Below are positions 1-14,342 of a stretch of DNA of 64,000 nucleotides, one piece after another; the stretch's first letter is position 1, and every line of letters starts with the position of its first letter. A program made the translations under genes and the position numbers. The notes under the pieces were generated by a model that did not search any database, was not told the origin of the DNA, and worked only from the letters and a program-made list of their open reading frames with translations. Source of the stretch: the human T2T-CHM13v2.0 reference genome, Homo sapiens; NCBI RefSeq assembly GCF_009914755.1, contig NC_060927.1; one strand, 5' to 3'.

Positions 1-834
1 TTGGCAGTCTCATGAGGGAAACAGACATTAACTAAGTATTCAAATATGTAAAAAAAAAGTTGCATTTATAAATAAATATATAAAGACTATATTTTTATTT
101 CAAAATAAATATATAAATGCATGCAAAGAAGAGGAAATACTGGGAACCTAAAACAACAAATCTATGTCTGGGAATCAGGAAATCTTACTAGAAATACTGG
201 CTTTTGGGCTGAAGTAAAATGTATAATTAATATTTGGGAAGGTGAAAGTTGGAGACAGTCAGTACAAACTCCTTAAGAACAGGGAGGAACTATTTTATTC
301 TTTGTATTTTTTTTTTGAGAGTCTTTCCACAATGTCTTCAATTTAGGTTGAAGTTACACAAGATGCAAAAACAGAGTTTGCAAAGTCTAAAATATTTAAA
401 TATTTTGATTTCCCATTTAAAATATATTTAAATGTTTTTTCAATATTAATAAGGATGGATAGGTGCTTTATTTTCAATTTCTACTCATTCAGGACTGATG
501 TCTTCATTTTCAAGAATTTATATTTTGCCATTTATTTAAAAAGACTCTTGTGGAAAACTGAGTTCAGAAGTCAAATGTTTCAGATTTATTACAGTGATAT
601 TTTAGCTTTAGTTGTAGATTGGTACCTTGAGTAGCTGCCCCTGGCCTGCCACTTAATACAGTTCAATTTAACCTAATATATACCTGGCAAATGCTTTTTG
701 AATTGGTCTTAGACCTACAGACATCTTTAGAAGGAAATAGAATAATACTGCTAACACAGTTTTAGGAAGCTTCCATGTGTTTCTTGAAGATGTTCTGGAC
801 TTTCAAACAAAATGACAGAACAAATCCTCTTAAT

Positions 835-1110
835 CAGAGGTTATAGCCCACAGGCCAAATCCAGTCTGCCACATGTTTTTGTATGGGCTATGAGCTGGTT
901 TTTACAATTTGTTTAAATGGTTAAACAAACAAAAATGAAATAATACTTTCAACATATGAAAATCAAATGAAATTCAAATTTCAGTATCTATAAATGAAGT
1001 TTTGCTAGAATGCAGCCATGTTCATTTATCACATCCCATCTTTGGCTGCTTTAACACTACAGTGGTAGAGGTGAATAGCTGCGACAGAGCCCACAAAGGC
1101 TAACATACTG
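835..1110 (+). mobile_element. MER58B-like hAT-Charlie MITE
   Basis: ggccaaatccagtctgcc...gaaattcaaatttcagt...tttggctgctttaacactacag...gcgacagag matches recalled MER58 consensus, including the B-type internal segment. Confidence 0.75.
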
Positions 1111-1184
1111 ATGACCCACATGTACTTACGGAGCACATCTGGAAAGTCAGGAATTAAAAACAAACAAACAAACAAAAACAACAC

Positions 1185-2300
1185 AATCTCTCTGCCCTCG
1201 TGGATTTTACTTTCTACTGGGGGAGTTATATAAACTCATAAATCGATAAGTTTACTTCAATTAATGTGATAAGTACTAGAAGGAAAATATAACAAGTTAT
1301 GGCATAGGAAACACCTGAGGGCAGAGGTTGGGGCTGCGTTATTGAAGGTGTAAGCAGGAGGAGATGCTTAGTAGGACTCTAGGATGGGGCGAAGAAACAG
1401 CCATGAAGAGGAGGGGCATTCCAAATAGACAGTAAAACAAAAGCAAAAGTCCTGAGACTGGAAAGAGCTTGATGATTTCTGGATAGGGAAGAGAAGCTAT
1501 GTGTGATCGAAGTGTCATGGGTGAACAGGATAGGGATATAAAACAAAGAAGTTGAAAGATGGGGAATGTTCAGTGTGGAATCTACTGAGCCTCTCACCTC
1601 TGATGAGGTTGATTAGATGAGTCTAACGTGTGGTCTCAAGCTCTGTATATTTTTCATCTCTCCAGGTGCTTCTATTATGGCCAGGTTTTGGAAACCACAA
1701 ATATTTTCATCTTAGTCTAAGTGCCATGAGAAGCCACTGGAGAATTCTTGGCAGAATTATATATTTTAAAGTTCCGCTTGATTGTTGTGAAGAAATAGGT
1801 CTGCAGGAGGAAAGAGGAGAGACAGGAAGCTGGAGGGGGATGTTTCTGGAGTTGTCCAACCAAGAGACTTGTATTAGGGTAGCAGTAATGGCAGTGAAAA
1901 GGGGACAGATGTGGGCCACATCACAGAGGTAGAGCCAAAATAACTTGCTGATTGGAAGTGGGAGTAAGGAAAAGAGGAATCAGTGTCACTGAATAACTGG
2001 GAGGATGGCAGTGCCAATTGCAAAGACAAAACAGGAAAGGGGCAGGTTTGGAGGTGGAAGATGGAAATCAGAAGTCTTATCCTAGACAAGTTAAATTCTA
2101 GATATTTATTGGGTGGTATCCTTCAAACTCAAGAAGGCATTGCATACCCTCTATATGCTAGATAGCATTCTGGGCACTGAGAATTTTATGATTTAAAAAA
2201 ATACAGAAAAAAACTCCATACCATTGTGGGATGTCAGAGTGATGGTGAGGTGATGAGCCTGAAGCTCAGAAGACAATGACCATGGTGAAATGCATAGATT
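1185..2300 (-). mobile_element. L2 (LINE2) 3' region, degenerate, interrupted by a MER5-like MITE
   Basis: typical antisense L2 phrases (tctgccctcgtggatttt, ggggcattccaaatagacag, gggaagagaagc, gggcaggtttgg); boundaries approximate. Confidence 0.6.
1565..1700. mobile_element. MER5-like hAT MITE
   Basis: ctgtatattttcatctctccaggtgcttcta...ggttttggaaacca resembles the MER5A/A1 end. Confidence 0.45.
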
Positions 2301-3233
2301 TGCGAGTCCTTTGGTTGACAGATTGCTTTGCCTCTGTATTTTTACATTGAACTATTTTAACATTTTACACAATGATGCAGAACATTCAAAGACAACACAA
2401 CTGTGGATTACTTTCTGGAGAAATGGACTGGCTTGAAAACACATCTCCTTCTGTGGACTGCAGCACCCTTTCTGCATGCTGGCAGAGCCATGTTGCACTT
2501 GAATGGACCTACTGGCAAATTTGGACATATTTGGATACTCTTCTTATTAGTATGGTACATTTGTGTTATTCATCACCACTATTGTGTTATTCACCACCAC
2601 TATTTATAATTAGTAGCCTGGATTCTATTGGTGCATGTAGGTCTGCAGCTTCAGTTGTTGTCACAGGAAAAGGGGGGGATTTTTATTTACTTACTTAGTT
2701 TTGGTTGGACTGACTGCTGAGCTGACAGAGAAAAAGAGCTACTTCAACACCAGTATAGGAGAACCAAGTACTGCAGTAAATGAGTTTAAAAGGCATCTAG
2801 CCAGCTTTACCTGTTCCTGCTGATACATGAGACTTCAATCCAGCCAGAGCCGCAGGGTCTAGAAGAACCTACCCGTGTCTGAGCCTGAATGATAACGGAT
2901 ATAATAATACCTTGAACTCATGTAGCACTTTTGTACTTGGACTTTCAGAAAGGTGGGCTGAGCAGGTGCTATTATCTGCATTTTACCAAAATATCTCTCA
3001 GAGGCAAAAAGCGTGTGGGGAGGGGTGAATAAAGGTAAATATACCAAGATGAAGCCAAAGAGGCTTGAAAATAAGGTAGAAACAAGTGCACTTAGATTGA
3101 GAAGTTGCATGAAACCTTATGAATTGTTTTTGGTTACTTTCTGCTACTGGTGTTACTTATTTTCTAATTAATTACATCAAGTAACTGTCTGTTGATTAAC
3201 TCATGATATTGTACCTAGCATGTTTGCTAACAA

Positions 3234-3556
3234 TAGGGGTCTCAAGCTCAAATGCTTAAAAAGTCTAGGCAGACCAACCTGCATGAATGGAAGGGTGCAG
3301 GTTAGGGTATGCTGACCTGGGAAGCCCCTGCTCATCATAAAGTGGCCATCACTACTCAGGTCCATTGAGGGAGTTTCTAGGAATGTAGACCCAGGGTAGA
3401 CTTGTTATATGACTCTTTAAAGGAAGCTGAAAGCAAACTTGTGTAATCTCTCATTTTTTTTTAGTTTTGCAACTAATTAAAAAAATTAAACCTCCAAGGG
3501 CCAAAGAATACTTCTTTGGAGATAAATTTGGCCCACATGTTGCCAGTTTCTCAACC
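3234..3556 (+). mobile_element. MER102-like hAT MITE
   Basis: aggggtctcaagctcaaatgc start and atttggcccacatgttgccagttt end resemble MER102 termini. Confidence 0.55.
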
Positions 3557-3598
3557 ATCCACTTATGAATTCAGAATTGTCTGTTAATCCTACATATT

Positions 3599-3918
3599 GG
3601 GCCAGGTGTGGTTGCTCAGGGCTTTGGGAGGCCAAGACAGGAGGATTGCTTGAGGCCAGGAGTTCGAGACCAGCCTGGACAATATAGCAAGACTTTGTCT
3701 CTACAAAAATTTTAAAAGATAGCCAGGTATGGTGGCTCATGCCTGTAGTCCCAGCTATTTGGGGCTATAGTGGGGAGACTAAGGGAGGACGATCACTTGA
3801 GCCCAAAAGTTGGAGGTCACAGTGAGTTGTGATTATGCCACTGGACTTCAGCCTGGGAAACAGAGCTGAACCCTATCTCAAAAAAAAAAAGAAAAAAAAG
3901 AAAAAGAAAAGAAAAAAA
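3599..3918 (+). mobile_element. AluJ with A-rich tail
   Basis: dimeric Alu with J-type ggaggattgcttgaggccaggagttc; short left-arm deletion; A/G tail 3880-3918. Confidence 0.93.
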
Positions 3919-4534
3919 CCTCCTGCCAATATGGAAGTCTTGTAACTTGTTCCCAGAGAGAATGTTTTCCTTGAACACTTACTGTCAATAGCAGGAGTGA
4001 CTTCTTTGAATGGCAGTTGGGTGAGCCCTGGAAATATCTGCAGCATCTCAAAGAGTATGAATAGAGCTTTTTAAAGCTCCTTGCATGACCTTCTATTAAA
4101 TATAACTTACTTTGATCTTTAACACTAAAAATTAGGTAAGCAAATATTTATAGGATATATAGACTGTTTAAATATGTTCCTATGGGAGCAGAGTGACATG
4201 TCTGCACACATGGTAAATAGGTTTTCTTTTAATTTTATGAAGTTATAAGTTCAAGTGGTCAAATAAGATAGTAATAGAAATCTTAACACATATTTTTACA
4301 AAAGGACTCATTAGATCTGATTTAGCCACGGAGCTAAATTTAATTCATAATAAAGGCAGTCAGTTTTTAGTACTCTTCCTGTGTTGGAATTTGGTATAAA
4401 GCAAGAAATATGAATTTTGAATTATCAATAATTGATATATATGCAAGTGAGAAACCAGTTATTGACATAACTCCTCCTGATCTAATATAGCTAGTGGATA
4501 TAGAAGTGGGAAGTAAATCTTAGCAAAGCTAATT

Positions 4535-4645
4535 TATTATACAAATAGGGAAAGTGAGGTACAGAAAAGCAGGATGTAAGTTTCTCAAATTCACAGGGCT
4601 AATGAAATGAATGGCCCAATCAGGACTTTAAAAATCCAGTCCAGG
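4535..4645 (-). mobile_element. MIR fragment
   Basis: acaaatagggaaagtgaggtacaga resembles antisense MIR core. Confidence 0.45.
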
Positions 4646-5189
4646 TTCTAGGCAATATAACAATAAGCCCTAAGCCCCAAACCAACCTACCCCCACGACA
4701 CACAAACACCTTGGGTAAAGGAACTAGGAGTAGGTATATGAGATTCACTCTTCCTTCCCACCCTTCCCTTCCCTCCTTCTTCGCCCCACCGCCCCCAGCC
4801 CTTCTTTCTTTCCTTTCTTTATTCCTGTTTGAGGTACTCTGAGTTGGGAAGTAAGAGAGTAGGGATGTCATTATGGTTGCTGGTAGGAAATTCACCAGCT
4901 AAATCTATTGATGGAGGGGGTTCCAAATGGATATCGGGAATTAGGACATTCTCGTAATTTGAAAGATTCTAAAATATTTCTTTCATGGGATGTGATTCAA
5001 TTTACCATTTCCCCAAGAAATATAACTTCCTGAAGGAAGATATGTTAATAAAGGTAAGAAAATAAATCACAAAATCCATTACCCAGAGACAGTTGTTTTT
5101 TATATTAAAATATGTGATCTTCATTACTTTTCCCATGAGAATTTAGGTTTACAAAAATTGATTCCGTCCATACATTATTCTTTCATTTA

Positions 5190-5784
<595 letters not shown>

Positions 5785-5796
5785 TAAAACCTCCTT

Positions 5797-6088
5797 GTTT
5801 TTTTTAAAGACAGCATCTCACTCTGTCACCTAGACTGGAGTGCAGTGGCACAATCATGACTCACTGTAGCTTCGACCTCCAGAGCTCAAGCAATCCTCCT
5901 GCCTCAGCCTCTCAAGTATCTGGGACTATAAGCTCATGCCACCATGCTGGGCTAATTTTTAAATTTTTAGTAGAGTTGAGGGCTTCCTAGATTTCCCAGG
6001 CTGGTCTTGAACTCCTGGGTTCAAGTGATCCTCCTGCTTCACCCTCCTAAAGTACTGAGATTATAGGCATGAGCTACTGAGCCCAGCC
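5797..6088 (-). mobile_element. AluJ
   Basis: antisense dimeric Alu with gctcaagcaatcctcctgcctcagcc. Confidence 0.92.
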
Positions 6089-9000
6089 AAAGCTCTTCCT
6101 TTTAAACAATTATTGATGTATATAATCACTTTGAATTCTGCCTGAAAAGAATGCATGCCATCTCACATTATTGCTCTCTGCTTTGTGAGGAAATGAGATC
6201 CTTTTGCTTAGAAGGATCACAGGTTCAATGTTTATTCCCACTCCAGTCTCATCTTGGAGGAGTCTTCCACTGACTATTGTTTTTATGGAGAGAAAGAGTT
6301 TCCAAACCATTACATTTCTGCTTACAGTGGCTTGGAATTTAAGTTCAACTATTGTCTGGGTTGGTGTTATTGCTATAGTAATCTAGCAGCAAAATACCAT
6401 GGGTTTAGGATTCCTCCAGCCCAAACAGTTGGTATCTTGAGATTATTTTGCCCACATGTCTTTACTATTCATCCAAGCTGATTCAGGAATAAAGCAAACC
6501 CTTTTCGTTGCTTTTTGTTATTTTAGTAAGGACAGGTGCTGTAATGGATTCTTACATGCAAACTTGCTAATGCCTGGATTCTGTAGACTTTGATTTTGAA
6601 AAGAAAAATAATTATGAGTTCAAGGACAATAGATTTATTTATTTTCTCTTCTCTTAGCCACATTTTTAGTTTACTTGTATGGGTCACTGCACTTTGTCAA
6701 TTATCCTTTTTTCTTCATTTGGCTTGCAGGTTTCCTTGAGCCATGACAGAAAATTAATCTAACTTCCAAGGATTAGTTCACAAATTGGGTGACCTCCATC
6801 GAATATGGGGGCAGTGGCCACAGCTGATCTTAAATCCTGACTTTTCTCAGTAGAACACCCTGCCCATTGGTCACCAACTCTAACTTGTCTTGAACCAGGG
6901 TGTGGGATTAAAAGCTACAGAAAGAATATAGGTTTACTAAACTTTTCTGGCCTTTTAATTTTATGTTTTAAGACTCATATAGTAAAGGCTAATTTATGTA
7001 TTTGCTGAAGCAATGTCAGAATTGCTTTATGTATGTAAACAGGTGCACATACACACAAACTCATTATGTTAAAATTACACAGTGCGATGACTCTCTCTAA
7101 TGCACACTGCACATAAGCCAAGCTTCCTGAAATTTATTTGACATAATTAATAAAGTAAATGTATCAGAAGATCAAAAAGTTGTCTCTAGAGTTTGCACAT
7201 GAAAGTTCTTCCTTTGAATTGAAATTTTTATATATTTTCTGTGATTTGATAAGAGCAGGGCTGAAAATTGACAATCGTAATAATTATTTCCAGTTGATAG
7301 CCTACCACAGTTTTCTGCAAGCTGAAAAAAAAACTGACAGTACGTGGTCACTCTCTTTAAAGGGCTTACATGCTTTCCATCCTCACTCTAAAGCATAAAA
7401 CGTGTCAAATGAACTCTGTAGAATAGGGGGTAAAACTAACATTCTTGTATGTAAATAAAATAGACTCGCAGGAGTAGCAGTTTGAATGTGTGTGCCACTC
7501 TCCTATGTTAAGGCCCTGGGCAGTTATCATGTCAAATGCAATGAAGTTTTACTAGTTCTCACAAGCAAGCAAGGAACATTTAAGAAGTACAATCTCATTT
7601 CAGGAATTAGAAATAATTCAGGTTGGAGAGACCTCTAGTGGGCATTTCCATTCATATCGATGATGAATCAGACAAAAACAGATAAAAGTTGATTAAAAAT
7701 CACATTCTATATTTCTGCAATGATACATTCTTTTTAAAATAAAGTACACCTTATCAGGATATATATGAAATAGCCAAAACAGGTGCTCTTCAGAAAAATA
7801 ATGAAGGTTTAAGTCTGAATATATATACTCAAAGCTAACTGTATTTTCCGTTAAAGTGCCACAGAACCAAAATGTAAATGTTAGTAAAAAATTTTACAAG
7901 TGGATATTTTTATCTACCTTATTTCTGCTCTCACTAAAATCCTGCTTAAAAATTCATTAGAATATAAATCATACATAAGACATTTATCTATTATTATCCT
8001 CAGTCAAAGTTTAACTGAATTGCATCATGGAAATTTTTCCAAAATGGGATACCAGTTATTCAAAGCTCCCTTCTGTCATACTCTCACACTGTATTTCCCA
8101 AGACACTATTGGACAAATAAAATTGGTAGCCAGAGCAATTATGAAAAGCCAGGTCAAAGAAACAAGTCCCTGCCCTACCTTTAGAAAGCTGAAAATGTGC
8201 TGGAGAAGAGACAACAAATCACAAAAGCCTGGGAGTGCCCTTGGCAAGGATATCATTCCCCAGAGAGTTTTGAGCTTCTCAAGCCATGCTTAATAACAGA
8301 AAATAAAGCCTGCTGAATTTTTATTGTCTGTAAGAATATTACAAAATACAATGAATTTTTATTTCTACCTGTTTATTAAGATGCACGTTTCAACTTATTT
8401 CATGTCATAATACAATGTGGCTTAGTTCTTCATTGCTTAGTAATTAACTGGATGGTTAATCATATTTCCCTCTCAACTGCAAATTCTTTGAAAGCAGAGA
8501 AGGCATTGTCTTCTCTTCTTACACCTCCTTATTAACATATTGCTCCCACACCTCTGTACTGCACAATTTCTGTACTTATTTAAGTGCACTTGCTCCTTCT
8601 CCTCCACGACTTCTTGAAAAGGCAATGTGGATTCCACAGTGTATGGCTAAGGGTCTGGAGAAAACATCTAGCCCAGCTGCAGACCCTTGGGTGTTTATTA
8701 CTATTATTGATGATTTTGATGGTATTCTCTCCCTCCTTTGAATGTTCCCATTTCAGGCAGTTTTGTCTATAAATAGGATCTACCTTCCAGAGCCAATGGT
8801 TCCAATAGAGTTCTTTACTTATGTCAGTGAACTTAAATTTTAAAAATCTGTTTTCATAGAAGGTTAGCAGTTTTTTTCCCATTAAGAATGTAGGCTATAT
8901 TATCTCTAGTGTATTCCACAAAAGAAATCAAAGGTATTTTCATACCAAGTTACAATTGTGGCAAGTAGAGCCAGTATTGTTTAGGCACTGTGTAATTATG

Positions 9001-9714
9001 GTAATTATTATGCCTGTCATTTAATCTTGGTACTAAAAGAGAAGCTCATGTATTATCTTACGAATTTGTATTTCTTTTAATATGTTAATTCTATCAATAT
9101 GATGGTTTTTGTTTTTATGCCGGCTGATTTTGTTTTTGCATTGGCACATATTCAGAGAAGGGCTGCTGAGGCTTTATCAGAAAATATTAAGTGAGATTCA
9201 AGAACTGGATTAGCTTCCACTTAGTTATTCTTGCCCCCTACCCCCATAATTCATTTCAAACTCCTCCTTCCTCTGTAAGTGATAAAACCCTTGATATAAA
9301 ATGGACTTGTGAAAGTTTCAAAGTGCCCAGGAAGAAGGCACTGGGCAGGCGATTTCCAATGGAGGTGGTCCCAGGTAAGAGGTACGAGGGAGAAATGGCC
9401 CAGATGGTAGCTGCTTTGAAAACGGGCAGGGGAAAAGCAAATCCCTGGAGGCAAGCTGAAGGAGGAAGGAGGGGAGTATAGTGCACTGACTGGGAATCAG
9501 CCTCACGGCCTGCAGAGCTGGAAGCTGCAGAGCTGAGATCTTAATGGGCATACCCTGGATGATAGGCATAGAATCTATTGCCCCTACCTCAAAGACTGGT
9601 ATGAGGAGAAAGAAATCGAAGCAACAGGTGGTGGAAGAAATTCTGACTAAAAGGAATCACAGTGCTGTGTCCTAACTCAGCTACTGTCTCATTGATGGGT
9701 GGGGTGGGGGGTGG

Positions 9715-10361
<647 letters not shown>

Positions 10362-10411
10362 TTAAAGGAATTTTTAGCTATAACATATAAATAATTAAAT
10401 TAAGAACTGTC

Positions 10412-10600
10412 AGATGTTGGCCAAAGGGCACAAACTTTCATTTATAAGATGCGTAATTTCTGGAGACCTAACATACAGCATGGATGGTAATGGAGGTTTT
10501 AATTGATTTGATTGTGGTAATCATTACACAATGTATCATATATCAAATCATTACATGGTACATGTTGAATATATAAAATTGGTATTTGTCAATTTAATGT
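10412..10600 (+). mobile_element. L1MA-type 3' end fragment
   Basis: caaagggcacaaactttcatttataagatg...gattgtggtaatcattacacaatgta. Confidence 0.7.
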
Positions 10601-11979
10601 CTAAACATTTTAAAAAGATGACAGCGTGGAAGAAAAATGAGAATACATTTAAAAAATTCAGAACTAAATATATTATCTGTCACATGGTGAATTCTAAAAA
10701 ATTGTTTGTGGAATAAATAAGTGGACCTTTCAGATTTTTTTAAAAAAAAAGAACTGTCAGTATTTAGGAAGGGAGACTTCCATGAAATTGCTATCATATT
10801 CCATTTTAATCCACTCTTTTGATCAATATTACAGGATCTGGATGCATTCATTGTGCAATATTGGAAATTATTCTTAGCTTATAATTATACTGTGGCTGGG
10901 GAAAAGATGTTCTTTAAAAAACAAAACCTGTAAGTGACCTACTCTATATGAATACTGTGTCTTCTTTTTGTTTTTTCTAATTATTCCGTGAATGCCCATT
11001 TTCCTTTTCTCCAGGCTGCTACTGTCACATCAGTGACAGTTATCAGGCCCCTATTTATTTAAAAATTTGAATAAATGCACCAACCCAGGCTACTTCCATT
11101 GCTTGCTGCCAAATATTATTAGGTTTTTTACTAATTAATTACTAATTCAGTTGTCAGCTGAATTAGTCTCTCAAATTAATGTGGCTATGCAATGTGAGAA
11201 ATCAGATATCAGTTGATACTGTAAAATAATATACACATTTTTTGAAAGACACATTTCTATATAAATGTAAAATGCTACAGAATTAAAGGAAAATCAACCG
11301 ACCTATAGATGACAAAGTCGTGCTGCTGACAATGCTATTCATTGTCTTAAAGGCTTGCTTATAATAGTTCAAACATCAATTGCAGAGTTATGTACTTTCA
11401 CAATCACAGAATGTTTATTACCACAAACATCTTTTAATTTCTTTTCTCTGAGTAAAAGTTTCCATAATTAGAACTATAAAAATTTGACATTAAATTAATG
11501 TGTTTCTGAAACCACTGTTTCAGTTAATGATAGTGATATCACTATTTGTCTAAAATGCTTGCATCTTCACACTGAGGAGTCACTGAAATATCTTAAAGTT
11601 AGCAGTGTTCGGTGCATCTAGTAACCAGTTTATCATTCACACTAAGCCCATGTTCTTTGTGTCTATATAGTCTACTCCAAACCTTACATATGTATATAAA
11701 ACATCCACTTTATGATACCAATTTGAACCACCATATTATATCTAATTTGGAACATCATCAAATTATAAATCTATCTAGTTGGGATGGAAGAGCTAAGTTA
11801 CCTCAAGGTCATTTCTTGAGAGCTTGGTATTCTTATATCGAGATTAGAAGGGGCAGCAACCATATAGCGCTGGCTTGTACATCATTAAAACCAAAAATGG
11901 AATTGAATTAATTGCCCCATGGAAAAATCAGAAATTTCACAACCTCCTCTCCCACACACAATCATGTTCCCATACTATC

Positions 11980-12122
11980 ATTTTCTTTTTAATTTTATTT
12001 GTACTGACAAATAATAATTGTATATGTTTATGAGGGTACAATATAATGCTTTGATCCATGTATGCACTGCAGAAAGAGCAAATCGAGCTACTTAACATCT
12101 ATTACCTGACCTACTATCTTTT
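11980..12122 (-). mobile_element. L1MA 3' terminal fragment
   Basis: tgacaaataataattgtatatgtttatgagggtacaa. Confidence 0.6.
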
Positions 12123-12619
12123 CTTGAAAATTCGGGCTCTCTTGGTAAAAGGGACCTTTATCTTGCCACGCTGCTATCATCCAGAGGTTAGTGGTCCTGT
12201 CATTTCTCTCTTTTGGAGAGTAGGCAATTCAAAGTGTTCAGTTTTTCTCTCATGTCCTGATATCAAAAATGTATATATTTTTGGGAAAAAAAGTCTTACA
12301 ATTAAGAAAAAAATAATATGTATTCACAATGCAGAAATGAGGATATATAAATAGGAAAAAGTTAGGTGGGGTGACTAAAAAGTCACGCAGCTATCGCTGG
12401 GAATAAATGAAGATCCTATGACCACTGATTCTATGCTTTTACCAGAAACTTGCTTTTATACTTGAAAAGGTACTTCCAAGTCAGAGTACAACATCTTTTA
12501 ATTTTAGAATTTATGCTGTATTATTTTTAGAACCTTCATAACTGCCATCAAAACATATATTGGAGTTTATTTTTTAGGGACACCCAGACATCTGCAGCTG
12601 AGAAGAAACCAAGGACTCG

Positions 12620-12775
12620 TCAGTCAAAATTAAGAGCTTGAGCTTTGGAGTCAGGCAGATCTGGATTTAAATCTTAGTTCTCTTGTTTATTGGCAGTGTA
12701 ACCAGAACAATCTTCTTAAACTTAAAGTTACCTTCAACTGTTCCTATTTTCCTATATCTTTGAAATAAATCCATA
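12620..12775 (+). mobile_element. MIR
   Basis: gctttggagtcaggcagatctggatttaaatc; further MIR sequence near 13650-13760. Confidence 0.65.
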
Positions 12776-12789
12776 ATTCAAACTCTTGT

Positions 12790-13645
12790 CATCCCCTCCA
12801 TGGCCATCCTGCTCCCCTAACCCAGACAACTCTCTCTACCCTAATCACTTGCCCAAATTGTTTCTGTGCCTCCTGACCAGTCTTACTTCTCAAAATTTGC
12901 TAACGACTTTGCATTTCACTCAGAGTGAAAGAGAAGGTTCTTACTGTGATGTATCAGTAAAAAGCCATATGGGATGTGCACGCCTGACTCACATTCCTTT
13001 GTTATTTCCCTGATCTCGCCCTCCTCTATGCTGCCTCCTGCTGAGTCTACTTATTCTTGTGTTTCTTTTTCTTTCCTTTTCTGTAGAAGTGGGGGGGGTC
13101 CCTATTTGCCCAGGCTGTTCTTGAACTCCTGGACTTAAGTGACCCTCCTGCCTTGGCTTCTCAAAGTGTTGAGATTACGGGCGTGAGCCACAGCACCTGG
13201 CCCGAATCTACTTATTCTAGCCACACTATATTTGTTGCTATTCCTTGAACACCTCGGGCACATTCCTTCCTCAGGGCCTCTGCACTTCCTGCTTTGAATT
13301 ATTTGCTTGAGTTATTCTTCCTTCAGTTGTCTACATGGCTACTACTTTCAGGGTGTTACTTAAAATCTCTTTTACAGGGGGTGACCTAACTCGTATGCAT
13401 AACATTTCAATTCCTTTCAAACTCTTTCCATCCTCTTCCTTGTTTCATTTTTTAGCCAAAACCTTTCCACTATCTAATATGCTATATGTTTTAGTTATTT
13501 AGCTTGTTTACCATATGATTTGTCCCCAAGGGGATATAAACATCATAAATGAGGATGTTAGTTTGTAATTATCACAGAGTCCAGAATAGTGCCTGTTACA
13601 CAGAAGCACTCCATTAGTTCTTACTGATGAGCAAATAAATGAAGA
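12790..13645 (+). mobile_element. L2a 3' region
   Basis: ttccttgaacac...cctcagggcctctgcacttcctg...agaatagtgcctg...aaataaatgaa. Confidence 0.7.
13058..13203 (-). mobile_element. FLAM (free left Alu monomer)
   Basis: single monomer; about 15-bp TSD ga[g/a]tctacttattct at 13043-13057 and 13204-13218. Confidence 0.85.
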
Positions 13646-13769
13646 AATAAACCTCTCTGAATCCAGGAATCCCTCAGGATAACCCTCATGAGGTTATTGT
13701 ATTCGTTCTAGATAATACTTGTAAAGAGTTGAGCATAGTACCCATATATATTGGGTTAAATGAAATCGA

Positions 13770-13888
13770 TTCTTAACATTAATTTCACTTGTTTCCTTCT
13801 ACTTTATAAAATATGGCTACTAGAAAATTCAAAACTACGTATGTGGCTTGTGTCTGTGGTTTGAATTATATTCCTATTGGATGGCACC
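13770..13888. mobile_element. MER33/Charlie1-type hAT end fragment
   Basis: ggctactagaaaattcaaaactacgtatgtggctt...tattcctattgga. Confidence 0.6.
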
Positions 13889-13899
13889 TGTGAGATTCC

Positions 13900-14342
13900 A
13901 TGTGAATTCTCTGACAGCAGAGATCTAAGTGCACAGTGGGACAGGAACCAGATCATACAGAAAGTTGAGAAAGGCAGAGCTTGATGAAAGAAGGAGGGGA
14001 GAGGGAAGGAACTTCATCGTCAGGGGTGTAGCAGGAAGCAGATGGCAACAGACAGCCACATAGAGAGGGCCACATTGTGACAGGTAGTTACCTCCAGTCA
14101 AGACTCACAACTAGTCCAAAGGAGACCCTACAGGGAGGGAACCTAGGAGAGGGAAACAATAACTTGACCTCATTCTCCTCCCTTACTCTGATGTCCTTGG
14201 GTCCTCCCCACTGCCTGAGCCAAGAGGAAGCCAGAGGAAAGGAAGGCCTCTGAGGTTTTTTCTATCTCAAAGTCAGCCTCACTAGCAGAGGTATGGAAGG
14301 AGACAGAATAAATCTTGGGGAGCCAAGGGGAAATATCCAGCA
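13900..14342 (-). mobile_element. LTR33-like ERVL LTR
   Basis: reverse complement starts tgctggatatttcccc...gaggctgac...cctctggcttcc, as in recalled LTR33. Confidence 0.5.

Noticed and set aside
4750-4825. Polypyrimidine/C-rich tract (possible G4 or H-DNA)
   Set aside because: Short and irregular, with no supporting context.
7340-7406. Two ACGTG HRE-like cores
   Set aside because: 5-mers are expected by chance.
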